A stretch of DNA of 64,000 bases. Source: an uncultured Holophaga sp. (GTDB lineage Bacteria > Acidobacteriota > Holophagae > Holophagales > Holophagaceae). Both the position numbers and the translations under genes were made by a program. Shown here in pieces: positions 51,501 through 61,440 of the stretch. The stretch spans positions 2,944,001 to 3,008,000 of the forward strand of contig OY761614.1 in NCBI GenBank assembly GCA_963664825.1, read 5' to 3'. Within the stretch, counting starts at the first letter, position 1; each line of letters begins with the position of its first letter. The notes under the pieces were generated by a model. The model did not search any database, was not told where the DNA came from, and worked only from the letters and a program-made list of their open reading frames with translations.

Positions 51501-51811
51501 CGGCTTTGGACCAAGTGGTCCGGGCGACGGCCTCGACCCCTGGCCTTGAGGCCCGCCGCCGCAGACCCCCGGGCGCTTCGGTGGTCGGCGCGTTTCCCGG
51601 GCGTATCCAGAAGACCCGGGGCGAACTGATGCTCGTCCTGGCGAAGGTGGACAAGGGCCCTGGGGCCAGGTCCCGTTGGGCTTCCAGGGCGGTGGCGGCC
51701 TTCCAGCGGGCCCTCCGGCTGAACTCGAACCTCCGGCGTCACATCGCGCCCCTCCTGCTTCAGGCCCAGGTCCTGTTGCCCTCCCATGGTGATTCCCGTG
51801 CGCCTTCATGA
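48581..51811 (+). CDS. Membrane-anchored Ser/Thr protein kinase with large helical (TPR-like) C-terminus
   Basis: LGEGATARVY, VAIK, HLDLKLNN, DFG, YTSPEQ and DVYGLG motifs; TM GGIALALLFGTAVV; start uncertain. Confidence 0.88.
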   Translation: MFSLNLASRILQEARSRGLAGAVPEQETSTESDSCRGLYWGAHLASLVDAGQMPEEMLNSLAWDAIGGEAGSWLDPFFPGPAPIGDLPGMGDRYRDLSFLGEGATARVYRALDTLLQRQVAIKVLKDPGGSSLVEARAQARVEHPHICRIYEVGKGFIVMQLVEGPTLAHLAPALGFEDKLRIIRDVALGVHAAHQKGLIHLDLKLNNVLVQTGEEGTQHPVVSDFGMVRGEASDPARGCPMGTPPYTSPEQLGGDIGRLSRRTDVYGLGVMLYVLLAGVIPFEIHTFPELLDAILHAPPVPLRQRLPELPRDLARIVQRCLEKDPEARYATAKEFADDLERFLRAEPVDAMGGGRLYRAAKWLHRNRKLRWAGGIALALLFGTAVVMAQRNQFLAQQAEWDHHFQKTVEEMRTALDQTYRLPPHDIEGELQGAQALLGTLDGERARGGRPAQGPAYLALGQAQFLLDAKAPMAVTYLQKAWDTGYRVESGRAWLALALIRRYQAERRAILSTTADADTQRLQLESCRQRLQQARRLLVGRSGPDQARLTHLLELAEAASSDITDYDKQIYLARTYRARFPNDLEGMLEEAEALGAKADDLAQKAANSPGVYPPPCGSQVEPLRQAAGDILRQLARIAPSHPGVYAALAQWNQRQSQWPTERTPSSALLYEQTRKWLDAGLTVCPHSTQLISQYAMFLSNQELLYRLERGLDLAPLKHRMQTLFRLTLTEAGRLSHMEVAAAMCQYILACSAFDKPASFSLPEITQAMLRDPVPTGGLSPLLFGPTIGRLLLESGQDPRPCLGEFLGAKAPADDLESIACASMNLILAEHAWLTGQGAGSFLDAADLCLKTLKPYAMLRGELELSSRLLRAQTTGSVEAWTRVEETIGQMEHASSNQVLTQVYTLEARIALARRRVETGLDAGALLKNLRTCLEHLDTDKRIPKVYRDQCMASVSLLEAQGVPRPVPLLLEGLAALDQVVRATASTPGLEARRRRPPGASVVGAFPGRIQKTRGELMLVLAKVDKGPGARSRWASRAVAAFQRALRLNSNLRRHIAPLLLQAQVLLPSHGDSRAPS

Positions 51812-52624
51812 TCTCTCGCTGGTTGTCCTGGATCTGCCGGGGGTCCCCCTGGGAAAGAGGATCGCCCTGACCCTGCAGCAGGCCATCACCGAAGGCCGAC
51901 TGTCTCTCGGGGAGGCGCTTCCTGGCTCCAGGGTGCTGGCAGAAGTCCTCGGCGTCAACCGGCGCACCATCGTCCGTGCGCTCCAGGAGTTGGAGGCCCA
52001 GGGCTGGCTCGTGGCCAAACCCAATTCGGGCACCTTCGTGGCGGAGGAGCTGCCCTCCGGGCAGGCCTTCCCGAGGGCCACCCCTCAGATCCCGGGGCCC
52101 CGGATCGGTTTTGACGTCCCCAGCCTCCTGAAGTCCATCTCGACCACGGAGGCTGGGGCGCTCCTGCTGGGGGACGGGGTCCCGGATCCCCGTCTGGCCC
52201 CGGCCGAACAGCTGGCGAAGGCCTACCAGCGGGCCTTGCGTCTCAACGGTCCCCGCCTGCTGGAGGACCGGGACCCCCTGGGCACCCCTCTGCTGCGGGA
52301 GTCCCTGGCCGCCTGGATCTTCGAGCGCCACGGGCTCCGGGTCGAAGCGGATCGGATCCTGGTCACCCGGGGGAGTCGGGGCGCCTTGGCCCTGCTTGCC
52401 GGTACGCTGTTCCGGCCCGGCAGCCTCGTCGCCGTGGAGAGCCCGGGGAACCGGAGCGCCTGGGAGTTGCTTCAACAGGTGGCCAATCTGGAGCTCAGAC
52501 CCGTGCCGGTGGATGAGGAGGGCCTGATCCCTGAAGCCTTCGAGGAGCTGCTCAAGCGAGAACGCATCCATCTCCTGCTCCTCACGCCCAGGCACCAGTT
52601 CCCGACCTCCGCGACCCTCTCAAC

Positions 52625-54253
52625 GTATCGATTCACCCCCCTTGTCCCTGTGACCACGTAAGCCGGTGGCAGGCAGCCATGATGGGCTGGTGATGTCCCG
52701 CTTGCCCTGGCAGCCTCAGGCTGGTTCCAGTGCCGGTAGGGGCTGGTTGGATCGGGCGGAGTGGAGGGCCCTGAGCAGCCAGTCGAAGTAGGGGACGCCG
52801 CGGATGCGGGCGGTGGTGCCCAGGCTCAGGAGGCGTTCGAAGAATCGCTTTCCGTCCGCGCTGGGCAGTCGCTGGAAGATCCGCTTGAGGATCACGAGGG
52901 GGCGCAGGGCCCGCTCGGCCGCATTGTTCGTCGGCTCCACGCCCTCGACCTTCAGGAACACCCAGAGCTTGTCCCATTTCCGGAGGAGGTCCTTCCCGAG
53001 GTTTCGGGCGGCCTTGTGATCCATCGCGCTGGCCTGGATCAGACCGCGTTTGAGCCGCGCCAGATTGATGGCGGTGCAGGCCCGGAGCTCTTTCCGGCTG
53101 ATGTCGCCCGCCCGGAAGGTGTGCCACAGCGCAAAGATCTCCTCCTGCTCGGCGAGCAGTCGCTTTCCCAGTGCGGCCACCTCGGGCTTCTGGGATTCGC
53201 TCAGGGCGACGAACTCGCGGCGCAAATGGGCCCAGCAGAACTGGCGAACGGCAGATTTTAAGGCGTTGTAGGCGCCGTAGCGGTCCGTGCCAATCACGCC
53301 TTGGAAGTCCTCGGGAAGTATCGCCTTTAGGGCCCTCGCCCCACGGGTGTCACTGAAGTGGAAGAGGGCCGTACGGGCGGAAAGGGCCACCCAGATCCAG
53401 TCCCGGTCCTTCCGGCCGAAGCCGGTCTCGTCGAGGTTGAGCACATCCGCCGTACGGATCTGCTGGGAGAGGTCCTCCCAGGCGGGGAGTAGGTGGCTCC
53501 CCAGCGCCACACCGCTCTCGTGCAGCCAACCGCGTGAGACCGCTACGCCCGTCACCTCCGAGAGGAAACGCTGGAGCGGCGTCAGGCTCATGCGGCCCTC
53601 TGTGCGCAGATAGGCCGCCGCAGCCTGAAGGCGCGGGCCGATCCCGCCCGGCGCAGCCTCTGGGGGAAGCGGCGCCTGCACCTTCCTCTGGCAGTGCGGG
53701 CAGATCCCCTCCTCCAGCGCGTAGGCGATGACTTCTGTGAGGCGCTGAGCCAGATCCACCACCCGGTGCAGGCGCGTCCCGGTGATGGCCCCTGAAGGAA
53801 CCTCGCCTCGGCAGTGGGGGCAACAGGCGAGGGGCACCGAAACCGTACGGTCCTCGCTGCCTTCCGGCAGCATCACCCGAGCGGATCCCTTCCGTCCCGG
53901 TTGGCCGCCGCGCTTGCGCCCCGTGGGCGGCGCCGGTGGCTTGGGTGGCGCCGCGGGTCCGTCCGAACTGGGGGGCTTGCTGCTGTTGCGACTGTCCTTC
54001 CCGAGGCGATCCTGGAGCGACTCCAGCAATTTTTCCAGGCGTTCCATCGCCTCCCGCAGGCAGACCATTTCCGCACGCAGTTCCCCGTTCTCGGCAGCCA
54101 GGGCCAGATAACGCGGATCAGTCAGAACAGGATCAAGCTCCATCCTTCAGAATCTGACTGGTTTGAGACCAAAGTACAAGCGAATTATTCACTTGCGGTG
54201 ATTTTATCCTCAATCACGAGTTGAGCCTGCATGGGGGGGGGGTGAATCGATAC
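52625..54253 (-). mobile_element. IS66-family element, single-ORF type (1629 bp)
   Basis: 17-bp TIR GTATCGATTCACCCCCC; 8-bp TSD CTCTCAAC at 52617-52624 and 54254-54261. Confidence 0.93.
52716..54143 (-). CDS. IS66 family transposase
   Basis: NSSKPPSSD, CPHC zinc finger, LDETG, TDRY.AY, CWAHLRR and TNNAAERALR motifs. Confidence 0.95.
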   Translation of the reverse strand: MELDPVLTDPRYLALAAENGELRAEMVCLREAMERLEKLLESLQDRLGKDSRNSSKPPSSDGPAAPPKPPAPPTGRKRGGQPGRKGSARVMLPEGSEDRTVSVPLACCPHCRGEVPSGAITGTRLHRVVDLAQRLTEVIAYALEEGICPHCQRKVQAPLPPEAAPGGIGPRLQAAAAYLRTEGRMSLTPLQRFLSEVTGVAVSRGWLHESGVALGSHLLPAWEDLSQQIRTADVLNLDETGFGRKDRDWIWVALSARTALFHFSDTRGARALKAILPEDFQGVIGTDRYGAYNALKSAVRQFCWAHLRREFVALSESQKPEVAALGKRLLAEQEEIFALWHTFRAGDISRKELRACTAINLARLKRGLIQASAMDHKAARNLGKDLLRKWDKLWVFLKVEGVEPTNNAAERALRPLVILKRIFQRLPSADGKRFFERLLSLGTTARIRGVPYFDWLLRALHSARSNQPLPALEPA

Positions 54254-54909
54254 CTCTCAACTGCGCGGAAGGCCTCGATCCTGAAGTTGGCTGCCGCCAA
54301 CCGTGTGGCCGTGATTGAGGATGACTACGACGGGGAATATCACTACGGGGCATCAAAACCGGAGCCGCTTCTGTCCATAGATGCAACAGGCCAGGTGATC
54401 CACATTGGCTCCCTTTCGCGCCTTATCGCCCCAGGATTGAAGTTGGGCTACATTGTCCTTCCCCCAGCGGTGGTCCCCATCTTGGCTCGGGTGCGGCGGA
54501 ACCGCGAAGAACAGGGCGATCCCGTGCTCGAATGGGCCCTGGCGGATCTAATCCGGGACGGAGACCTGGGGAGGCATTTGCGAAGGAGCAGAAAAGCGTA
54601 CATGGCACGGCGGGATCACCTCGTGGCTGGGCTGCGGGACCGGCTGGGAGCCCATCTGGATGTGCCCATGCCAGAGGGGGGCATGGGGCTCTGGATCCGA
54701 GTCCGGACAACCATCGATCCGGAGCGGCTGGTGCGCGCGGCCCGCGCCGCCGGCCTCGTGCTGAACCCTCCTTCTTACTATTACCTGGGGAAGCCTGAGC
54801 CGTGCTTCCGGATGGGTTTTGCCCAGGCCGAGGAGGCGGAACTGGACGAGGCGATACGCCGCCTGGAGGCGGCCTGCGCCGCGACGCTCCAGGGGCGAGG
54901 CTGATACCA

Positions 54910-55032
54910 GGGTGCGTTCGAAGATAGCTTCTCTCGAAGCAGAGCGTGTCAAGCGCAGCAGCGCAGACCGGCCAGCCCCCGAAGGGGGTGCTTGAGGACC
55001 GAGGTTGCGATGTGGAGCGGCTTCGAACACCC
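54910..55032. repeat. Short palindromic REP/MITE-like element
   Basis: Imperfect terminal IR GGGTGCGTTCGAAG / CTTCGAACACCC; internal CCCCCGAAGGGGG hairpin. Confidence 0.45.
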
Positions 55033-55351
55033 GACTACATCCTAGATTATTGAATGCGAATCTGTATGAGGCGCTCCGCCCTCGCTCCTGCCGGACCGGA
55101 ATTCCGGTAAGCCCAAGCCTTGGCTCCACCCGTGCCTGCGCATCCGCTGCCTGGGCGGGCGAGCGGCTGGGGTACCAAGGAAAAGTGGAACCGGAGCACC
55201 CGTAGGGATGGGCCTGGCCTGATGCTACCCAGACAGCGGGCCGTCACGGAAACCATGGGCTTCACCCAGGCCCCCCCATGAACGCCTCGCCCACCCCGCG
55301 AACTGCCCCCCATCCTGCCAGTCCTTGGCAACCTCCCAAAGGAAGATCCCC

Positions 55352-56497
55352 ATGCGCTCCAAGAACCTGAACCGCCTCATTCCGATCCTCGGGATTGTCT
55401 GCTACGCCGCGAGCGCCTTCGCTCAGACGGAGTCCAAGCCCCTCACCATCGGAGACCCGGCCCCTGAGCTCATCGTAAAATGGGTCAAGGGCAAACCGTT
55501 CAAGATGAATGAGGACAAACTCTATGTGATCGAATTCTGGGCCACATGGTGCGGACCTTGCAAAGCCGCGATGCCACACCTCTCCGAACTGGCCAAGAAA
55601 TACACAGGCAAGGTGGAGTTCCTCGGCGTCAACATCTTCGAGAGCGGCTACCTCGACAAATCCTATGAGGAGTTCCTTCCAAAGATCGAAAAATTCGTCA
55701 AAGAGATGGGCGACAAAATGGCCTACAACGTGGCCATGGATACCAACAAGCTGTACATGACCAATCGTTGGATGAAAGCAGCTGGCCAAGGAGGCATCCC
55801 CACCGGCTTCCTGGTCAAAGACGGGAAAGTCATCTGGATTGGCCATCCCGGTGACCTAGACAAGACCATCGAGGCGACATTGAACGGCACATACGACGTG
55901 GCCGACTTTGGCAAGAAGTTCAAGGAATCCAACGAAAGCGCCCGAAAGATGGAACCTCAGGTAAAGATCTACACCGAGCTTTCCAAGAAAGTTGAGAGTG
56001 CCATTGAGGTCAAGAATTACTCAAAAGCCCTAGCCATGATCCAGGAGGTGGATGGCACGCTCGACCTCCGCTTCAAGCCTGCATTCCAATATCTCAAACT
56101 TAAAGCTCTTGTTCGCAGCGACCAAAATCAATTCATCGCCCTGGCTAGCGAGATGAAGAAGGCTGATAAAAATATGACATCCATTGTTGCGGATGTCATT
56201 TTAAAGGTAAAAGAGGGTGGACTTCCCGAGAAACTCTACTCATTCGCCATTCAGTGCTATAACGAAACCCTCAATGAAAATTTGTCTCCTTCGGTTCCAA
56301 CAGCCTACTTCCACAACTGGATCGCTTATTGCTACGACCGGAGTCACCGTCCAGCAGAAGCCATAGCCTCACAGACGAAAGCTATCGAACTCGCCACCGA
56401 TGCCCTTGCTACAGGAAAATACGCGGGCCGTATCGATAATGAACTTATCGAAAATTACAAGAAGCGCCTGGAAGAGTTTAAGAAGGGTTCGAAGTAG
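55352..56497 (+). CDS. TlpA family disulfide reductase with helical C-terminal domain
   Basis: Signal peptide; IGDPAP; EFWATWCGPC; GIPT; WIGHP. Confidence 0.9.
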   Translation: MRSKNLNRLIPILGIVCYAASAFAQTESKPLTIGDPAPELIVKWVKGKPFKMNEDKLYVIEFWATWCGPCKAAMPHLSELAKKYTGKVEFLGVNIFESGYLDKSYEEFLPKIEKFVKEMGDKMAYNVAMDTNKLYMTNRWMKAAGQGGIPTGFLVKDGKVIWIGHPGDLDKTIEATLNGTYDVADFGKKFKESNESARKMEPQVKIYTELSKKVESAIEVKNYSKALAMIQEVDGTLDLRFKPAFQYLKLKALVRSDQNQFIALASEMKKADKNMTSIVADVILKVKEGGLPEKLYSFAIQCYNETLNENLSPSVPTAYFHNWIAYCYDRSHRPAEAIASQTKAIELATDALATGKYAGRIDNELIENYKKRLEEFKKGSK

Positions 56498-56542
56498 TTG
56501 GCTCTGAAAATCCTCTTCCGGATTTCAGCCAGCCTCCCCAAA

Positions 56543-56577
56543 GAAATCAGAAGGTCCTCCGTGGACCTTCTGGTTTC
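56543..56577 (+). terminator. Probable terminator
   Basis: GAAATCAGAAGGTCC-tccgt-GGACCTTCTGGTTTC. Confidence 0.6.
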
Positions 56578-56689
56578 CTTGTGAGCAGGCGCAGATTACC
56601 CAAATCCAGGACAGTCCCTTCGGCAGGCTGCGGCCCACGCGTTCAATCCTCTTCCACCAATCGCAATCTGCATTTGTAAGGAGGTTTAT

Positions 56690-58438
56690 ATGTTTTCAAA
56701 GAGGTGCATCGCATTCTTGGCGGCGTGCCTGCTGGGTACGGTCGCCTTCGCCTTCGATCCCGAGAAGGATGTGCGGATCGGTTTCCAGAAGGGGGCCGTG
56801 ACCCTGAGCGTGCCCAGTGGAGCCCACCTGAAGAAGTCCTTCACGGAGGTGACGCTCAGCTCCAAGCCTGGGAAGCTCAAGGTGGGAGCCCTCCCCGCCG
56901 CGAACGCCAAGGATGAGCTCGGCGAGGAGGTCTACCACGGCACCCTGCGCATCCCCGTGACGGGTGAAGGGCTCTCCGGGGAGGTGACACTGGATGTCCA
57001 GTACCAGCCCTGCACGGAAGGGGAGGGGGGGAACTGCTTTCCGCCCACCACCCGCAGCCTGAAGGTGAAGGCCTCCGAGATTCCTGCCGCCAAGCTGGAG
57101 ACGAAGGTGGCACCGGCCCCCGGCGCGACACCCGAAGCTCAGGGTGAGGCCAAGGCCCCGGTGCCCGTTCCAGAAACGCCCGTCCAGGCTCCCGCGGCCG
57201 CGGCTTTGAAGGTCCCCGCCCCCGAGGCTCCCCACCAGGGCCTCCTCCTGGCCCTGCTCCTGGTCTTCCTGGCGGGCATGGGCGCCAGCCTCACACCCTG
57301 CGTCTATCCCATGATCCCCATCACCATGGCCATCATCGGGGCGAAAGGGGGCGGCAAGGCCAAGGGCTTCGCGCTCTCGCTCATGCTCGTGCTGGGTATG
57401 GCCGTCACCTACACGACACTGGGTGTTGTGGCCGCCAAGAGTGGCGCGGCCTTCGGCGCCTTCGCCCAGAGGCCCGCCTTCCTGATTCCCGTGTCGCTGA
57501 TCTTCGCCGTCTTCGCCCTGAGTCTCTTCGGCGCCTTCGAGATCAATCTTCCCCAGGGCCTCCAGAACAGGCTCCAGGGCGGGGGCGCCCGCAAGGGCTA
57601 TGTGGGCGCCTTCCTCATGGGCCTGGTGCTCGGTCCCCTGGCCGCCCCCTGCGTGGGCCCCATCATCGGCGCGGTGCTGGTGGGCATTGCCCAGCAGGGC
57701 AATGTCGTACTCGGCGCCCTCAAGCTCTTCACCTTCACCTTGGGCATGGGTGTGCTCTTCATGTTGGTGGGCACCTTCAGTGCGGGGCTTCCCAAGAGTG
57801 GCGACTGGCTCACGCGCTTCAAGCACATCATGGGCCTGGTGGTGCTGGCCTTCGCGGCCTGGAATATCCGACTGATCGCGCCCCAGTGGATGAATGACGC
57901 CATGTGGATGCTGACGCTCCTGGTGGGCGCGGCGGTCTTCGGCGTCTTCGAGGCCTCTGAAGGCCTAGTGGCGCAGCTGCGCAGGGCCTTCGCCCTTCTG
58001 CTTCTGGTCCTGGGCCTGCTGCTGGGCATCCTGGCCGTGGAGCATTCCCTGAACCTCCAGCTCCTGCCCCGGGGCGGCGCGACAGCGGCTGTCGAAGCGG
58101 GTCCCAAGGCCTGGATGGAGCAGGATCTGGAAGGGGCTCTGAAAAAGGCCAAGGCCGAGCACAAGCTCGTACTGGTCGATATCTACGCCGAGTGGTGCGC
58201 CCAGTGCAAGGAGCTGGACGAGAAGACCTGGCCGGACGCGGAGGTGAAGGCCTGGATCGCCAAGAACGCCATCGCCATCCGCATCGATACCGATAAGCAG
58301 CGCCCGGACCTAGCCAAGAAGTTGGAGATCCGCAGCTACCCCAGCGTGATCCTGCTGGACGGGGAGGGCAGGGAAGTGGGCCGCAGCCTGGGATTCCAGA
58401 AGCCCCAGAACATGCTGGCCTTCCTCTCCGCCCGCTGA
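56690..58438 (+). CDS. dsbD: Protein-disulfide reductase, DsbD family
   Basis: QPC...C N-terminal domain; LTPCVYPMIP and APCVGP TM domain; WCAQC thioredoxin domain. Confidence 0.9.
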   Translation: MFSKRCIAFLAACLLGTVAFAFDPEKDVRIGFQKGAVTLSVPSGAHLKKSFTEVTLSSKPGKLKVGALPAANAKDELGEEVYHGTLRIPVTGEGLSGEVTLDVQYQPCTEGEGGNCFPPTTRSLKVKASEIPAAKLETKVAPAPGATPEAQGEAKAPVPVPETPVQAPAAAALKVPAPEAPHQGLLLALLLVFLAGMGASLTPCVYPMIPITMAIIGAKGGGKAKGFALSLMLVLGMAVTYTTLGVVAAKSGAAFGAFAQRPAFLIPVSLIFAVFALSLFGAFEINLPQGLQNRLQGGGARKGYVGAFLMGLVLGPLAAPCVGPIIGAVLVGIAQQGNVVLGALKLFTFTLGMGVLFMLVGTFSAGLPKSGDWLTRFKHIMGLVVLAFAAWNIRLIAPQWMNDAMWMLTLLVGAAVFGVFEASEGLVAQLRRAFALLLLVLGLLLGILAVEHSLNLQLLPRGGATAAVEAGPKAWMEQDLEGALKKAKAEHKLVLVDIYAEWCAQCKELDEKTWPDAEVKAWIAKNAIAIRIDTDKQRPDLAKKLEIRSYPSVILLDGEGREVGRSLGFQKPQNMLAFLSAR

Positions 58439-58483
58439 AACGGCCGATTTTCTCGCAACGTCTTCTCCACTTCCGGAATCCCC

Positions 58484-59449
58484 ATGCCACCTACCCATCA
58501 CCGCCTCCTCATCATCGGCACCGGCCCGGCCGGATACACCGCCGCCATCTACGCCAGTCGCGCGGGCCTTGCTCCCGTGATCTTCGAGGGCATCCAGCCT
58601 GGCGGCCAGCTCACCATCACCACCGAGATCGAGAATTTCCCCGGCTTCCGCCAGGGCATCCCCGGCCCCGAACTCATGACGGAGATGCGCGAGCAGGCCC
58701 TGCGCTTCGGCGCCGATATCAAGGCCGAGACCGTGACCTCCGTAAATCTTAGCGCCCGGCCCTTCCGCGTTGGAACGGACCAGGGCGAATACACGGCCGA
58801 CGCCGTGATCATCGCCACGGGGGCTTCGGCCAAGTGGCTGGGGATCGGCAAGGACCAGGAGCTCAGCCGCAGCGGAGGCGGGGTTTCGGCCTGCGCCACC
58901 TGTGATGGGTTCTTCTTCAGAGGCAAGGAGATCGCCGTGGTGGGCGGGGGCGACACGGCTCTCGAAGAGGCCACCTACCTCACGCGCTTCGCCAGCAAGG
59001 TGAACCTCATCCACCGCCGGGACGCCTTCCGCGCCTCCAAGGCCATGCAGGAGCGCACGCTGGCCAATCCCAAGGTGGCCATGCACTGGAACAAGGTGGT
59101 GGCCGAGATCCTTACCCACCGGGTGACGACGCCCATGGGCGATGAGGTGGAGAAGATCCGGGCCCTGGTGCTGGAGGACACCGTGGACGGCAGCCGTGCG
59201 GAACTGCCCCTGGACGGGCTTTTCGTGGCCATCGGCCATCAGCCCAACACGGAGCTCGTCAAGGGCCAGTTGCCCCTGGATGCCGCGGGCTACCTGATGG
59301 TGGAGAAGGGCTCCACGCATACGGCCATTCCCGGCGTTTTCGCCGCGGGCGACGTGGCGGACCACACCTACCGCCAGGCCATCACCGCCGCCGCCAGCGG
59401 CTGCATGGCCGCCGTCGATGCCGAACGCTGGCTGGCTGAACAGCTTTAA
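58484..59449 (+). CDS. trxB: Thioredoxin reductase
   Basis: GTGPAGYTAA, CATCDGFF, GGGDTA and GVFAAGDV motifs. Confidence 0.96.
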   Translation: MPPTHHRLLIIGTGPAGYTAAIYASRAGLAPVIFEGIQPGGQLTITTEIENFPGFRQGIPGPELMTEMREQALRFGADIKAETVTSVNLSARPFRVGTDQGEYTADAVIIATGASAKWLGIGKDQELSRSGGGVSACATCDGFFFRGKEIAVVGGGDTALEEATYLTRFASKVNLIHRRDAFRASKAMQERTLANPKVAMHWNKVVAEILTHRVTTPMGDEVEKIRALVLEDTVDGSRAELPLDGLFVAIGHQPNTELVKGQLPLDAAGYLMVEKGSTHTAIPGVFAAGDVADHTYRQAITAAASGCMAAVDAERWLAEQL

Positions 59450-59463
59450 CCGGAGGACATCCC

Positions 59464-59781
59464 ATGTCCAAACTCAAAGTTCTCACCAGCGATGAATTCC
59501 CCCTCGCCATCGCCACGGGATCAGTCCTGGTGGATTTCGGCGCCCCTTGGTGTAGCCCCTGCAAGGCCATGGAACCGATTCTCGCCCAGCTCCGCGATGA
59601 ACTGGAAGGCAAGCTCTTTGTCGCCAAGGTGGATGTGGATGCCACGCCCGAACTGGCCGCCCAGCTGGGCGTCATGTCCGTGCCCGCCCTCATGCTCTTC
59701 AAGGACGGTCAGAAGCTCGCCAGTCGCACGGGCGCGCAATCCGCCAAACAGCTCCTGGAATTCGTTCAACCCGCCCTGTAA
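59464..59781 (+). CDS. trxA: Thioredoxin
   Basis: VDFGAPWCSPC; SVP; follows trxB. Confidence 0.9.
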   Translation: MSKLKVLTSDEFPLAIATGSVLVDFGAPWCSPCKAMEPILAQLRDELEGKLFVAKVDVDATPELAAQLGVMSVPALMLFKDGQKLASRTGAQSAKQLLEFVQPAL

Positions 59782-60392
59782 ATCCCTTCATTCATTGGCA
59801 CGGCCTTTCGGAAGGCTCCACTTGAAGGTCGTCGCTTGCGACGCGGAAGGACGTGGCCATGAAAGCTACCACTGCCGACCTACTTCCTGGGAAAATGTGA
59901 AGAACCCAAAAATAGGGGCCCCAAGTGGGTCCCGATGATGTGTGTGGCCCACAACATGCTTGGTCGGCGCTTGGCTAAAAGGTTGCCGCCTGGACGCGGA
60001 CATCAGGAGCCGAGAGGACGCTTTGGACCACGCCAAGAGCTGCGGCAGCATCTCCCTCAGCAAACCAGCCGCGGCTGCGTGCGTGGATGCAGAGAACGAA
60101 CCCCTCACGACAGAAGTAATCATCCCAGCCTTTGCCATTGCTTCGACGTACCCATACGAGCCAATCGGTGCTTGCGTTCCGCTCGATTGTGAGATACGTC
60201 GCACCCGTGCGTTGCACTGGCGTGGCCTGCAGTGCCTTCTGAAGGTCCTGGACCGCGTTGAGTGTGCCAGTGCAGTTAGTTCCATGACACAGCAGCCGGA
60301 AATCTGTGACCTCCATGATCTCCCCGATGATCCTCAGGAACCCCAGGACGTGAAAGTTCATAGGGAGCTTGGCGAGGGGCATCAACGGCGCG

Positions 60393-60578
60393 CTACTCAT
60401 CACCCGCCTCCCTGCCTGCCGCGGTGCTGTTCGTGATGCAATCAAGCACCCAAGCCTCCAGGTCCTCCCGGCGGTAGATGATGTGGGTACTCAGGGCCGT
60501 GAAGACGGGGCCACTTCCGAGGCGACGCAGGTTGGGTACCCGGATCCCCCGCGCCAAGCTTTTTGAGACAGGAGACAC
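60393..60578 (-). pseudogene. AlpA/excisionase-like HTH relic
   Basis: NLRRLGSGPVF...IIYRREDLEAW resembles the C-terminal half of the 28884 protein. Confidence 0.5.
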
Positions 60579-60780
60579 TTCAGAGTCTTCTGTGGGGGCG
60601 GGGAAGGAAATGGGATGAGCAAGGTCTTGAAGTTGGGGAACGGGGAGGTGGAGTTGAGCCGCCCCAAGCGGCGGAGGTTCCCGGCTCTACCGGAGGATGT
60701 CTTCATCCTCGATCGGCCACACGAAACTGCCAAGAACTCGAAAAAATTTGTGTAAACTTCCCTGATACAATGCAAGTTAT

Positions 60781-61440
60781 ATGGATCATCCTGTTTCTGA
60801 CACACGCACCGTTCTGTTGCATGCGGCTGCGGCCTGCTTCGCAGAGCATGGGTTCAACGGCGCGAGCATGCGCATGATCGCCAATCGTGCAGAGCGCCCC
60901 CTCTCGCTGCTCTTTCATCATTTCGGGAACAAGGATGGCCTCTACTTGGCCGTCTTTGAATACCTCTTCGAGACTTCGCTACTGAACAACATGCAGAGTC
61001 CCGTGCCCGAGGGAGGGCATATGCCGAGGGACAAGGCCGAGGCGAGGCGCATGCTGCGGGAGCAGATCCATTTCCTCTATGGCGATGTCATGCGCAATGC
61101 CGACGAGCTCGATCCCGTTCAGGAATTTGGTGCGAGGCTCCTGCTCCAGGAAATGCGTGTTCCTCGTCCCGGCTTGATTCCCATGGTGTCGCTTCACACG
61201 GCCCCCATCACACGGACTCTTCAGAACTGCATACGCCTCCTGAGGCCCGATCTCGGGAATCCTGAGGTGGCCTTCCTGGGGTCCACGATCATGGGCGCGA
61301 TCGTCAGCCACGGTTTCATGTACGGCATGAACAAATTCCTCTGGGAGGACGCCCAGGCGATCGGAAGCCAGTTCCAGGCCTCCGAGTGGCTCGTGGAGTT
61401 CTGCTGCAACGGCCTCTTGGGCTGCGCAAAGCCCGATTGA
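60781..61440 (+). CDS. TetR/AcrR family regulator
   Basis: AAAACFAEHGFNGASMRMIA and HHFGNKDGLY motifs. Confidence 0.9.
   Translation: MDHPVSDTRTVLLHAAAACFAEHGFNGASMRMIANRAERPLSLLFHHFGNKDGLYLAVFEYLFETSLLNNMQSPVPEGGHMPRDKAEARRMLREQIHFLYGDVMRNADELDPVQEFGARLLLQEMRVPRPGLIPMVSLHTAPITRTLQNCIRLLRPDLGNPEVAFLGSTIMGAIVSHGFMYGMNKFLWEDAQAIGSQFQASEWLVEFCCNGLLGCAKPD

Larger units (their letters stand above)
51786..54904 (+). pseudogene. MocR/GntR-PLP regulator interrupted by IS66 (parts 51786-52624 and 54262-54904)
   Basis: wHTH LPGSRVLAEVLGVNRRT; TPRHQFPT; EDDYDGEY; removing the IS and one TSD copy restores SATLSTARK. Confidence 0.92.

Noticed and set aside
56641..56659. GTTCAATCCTCTTCCACCA as a degenerate distal att site
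   Set aside because: Too many mismatches to the tRNA end to distinguish from chance
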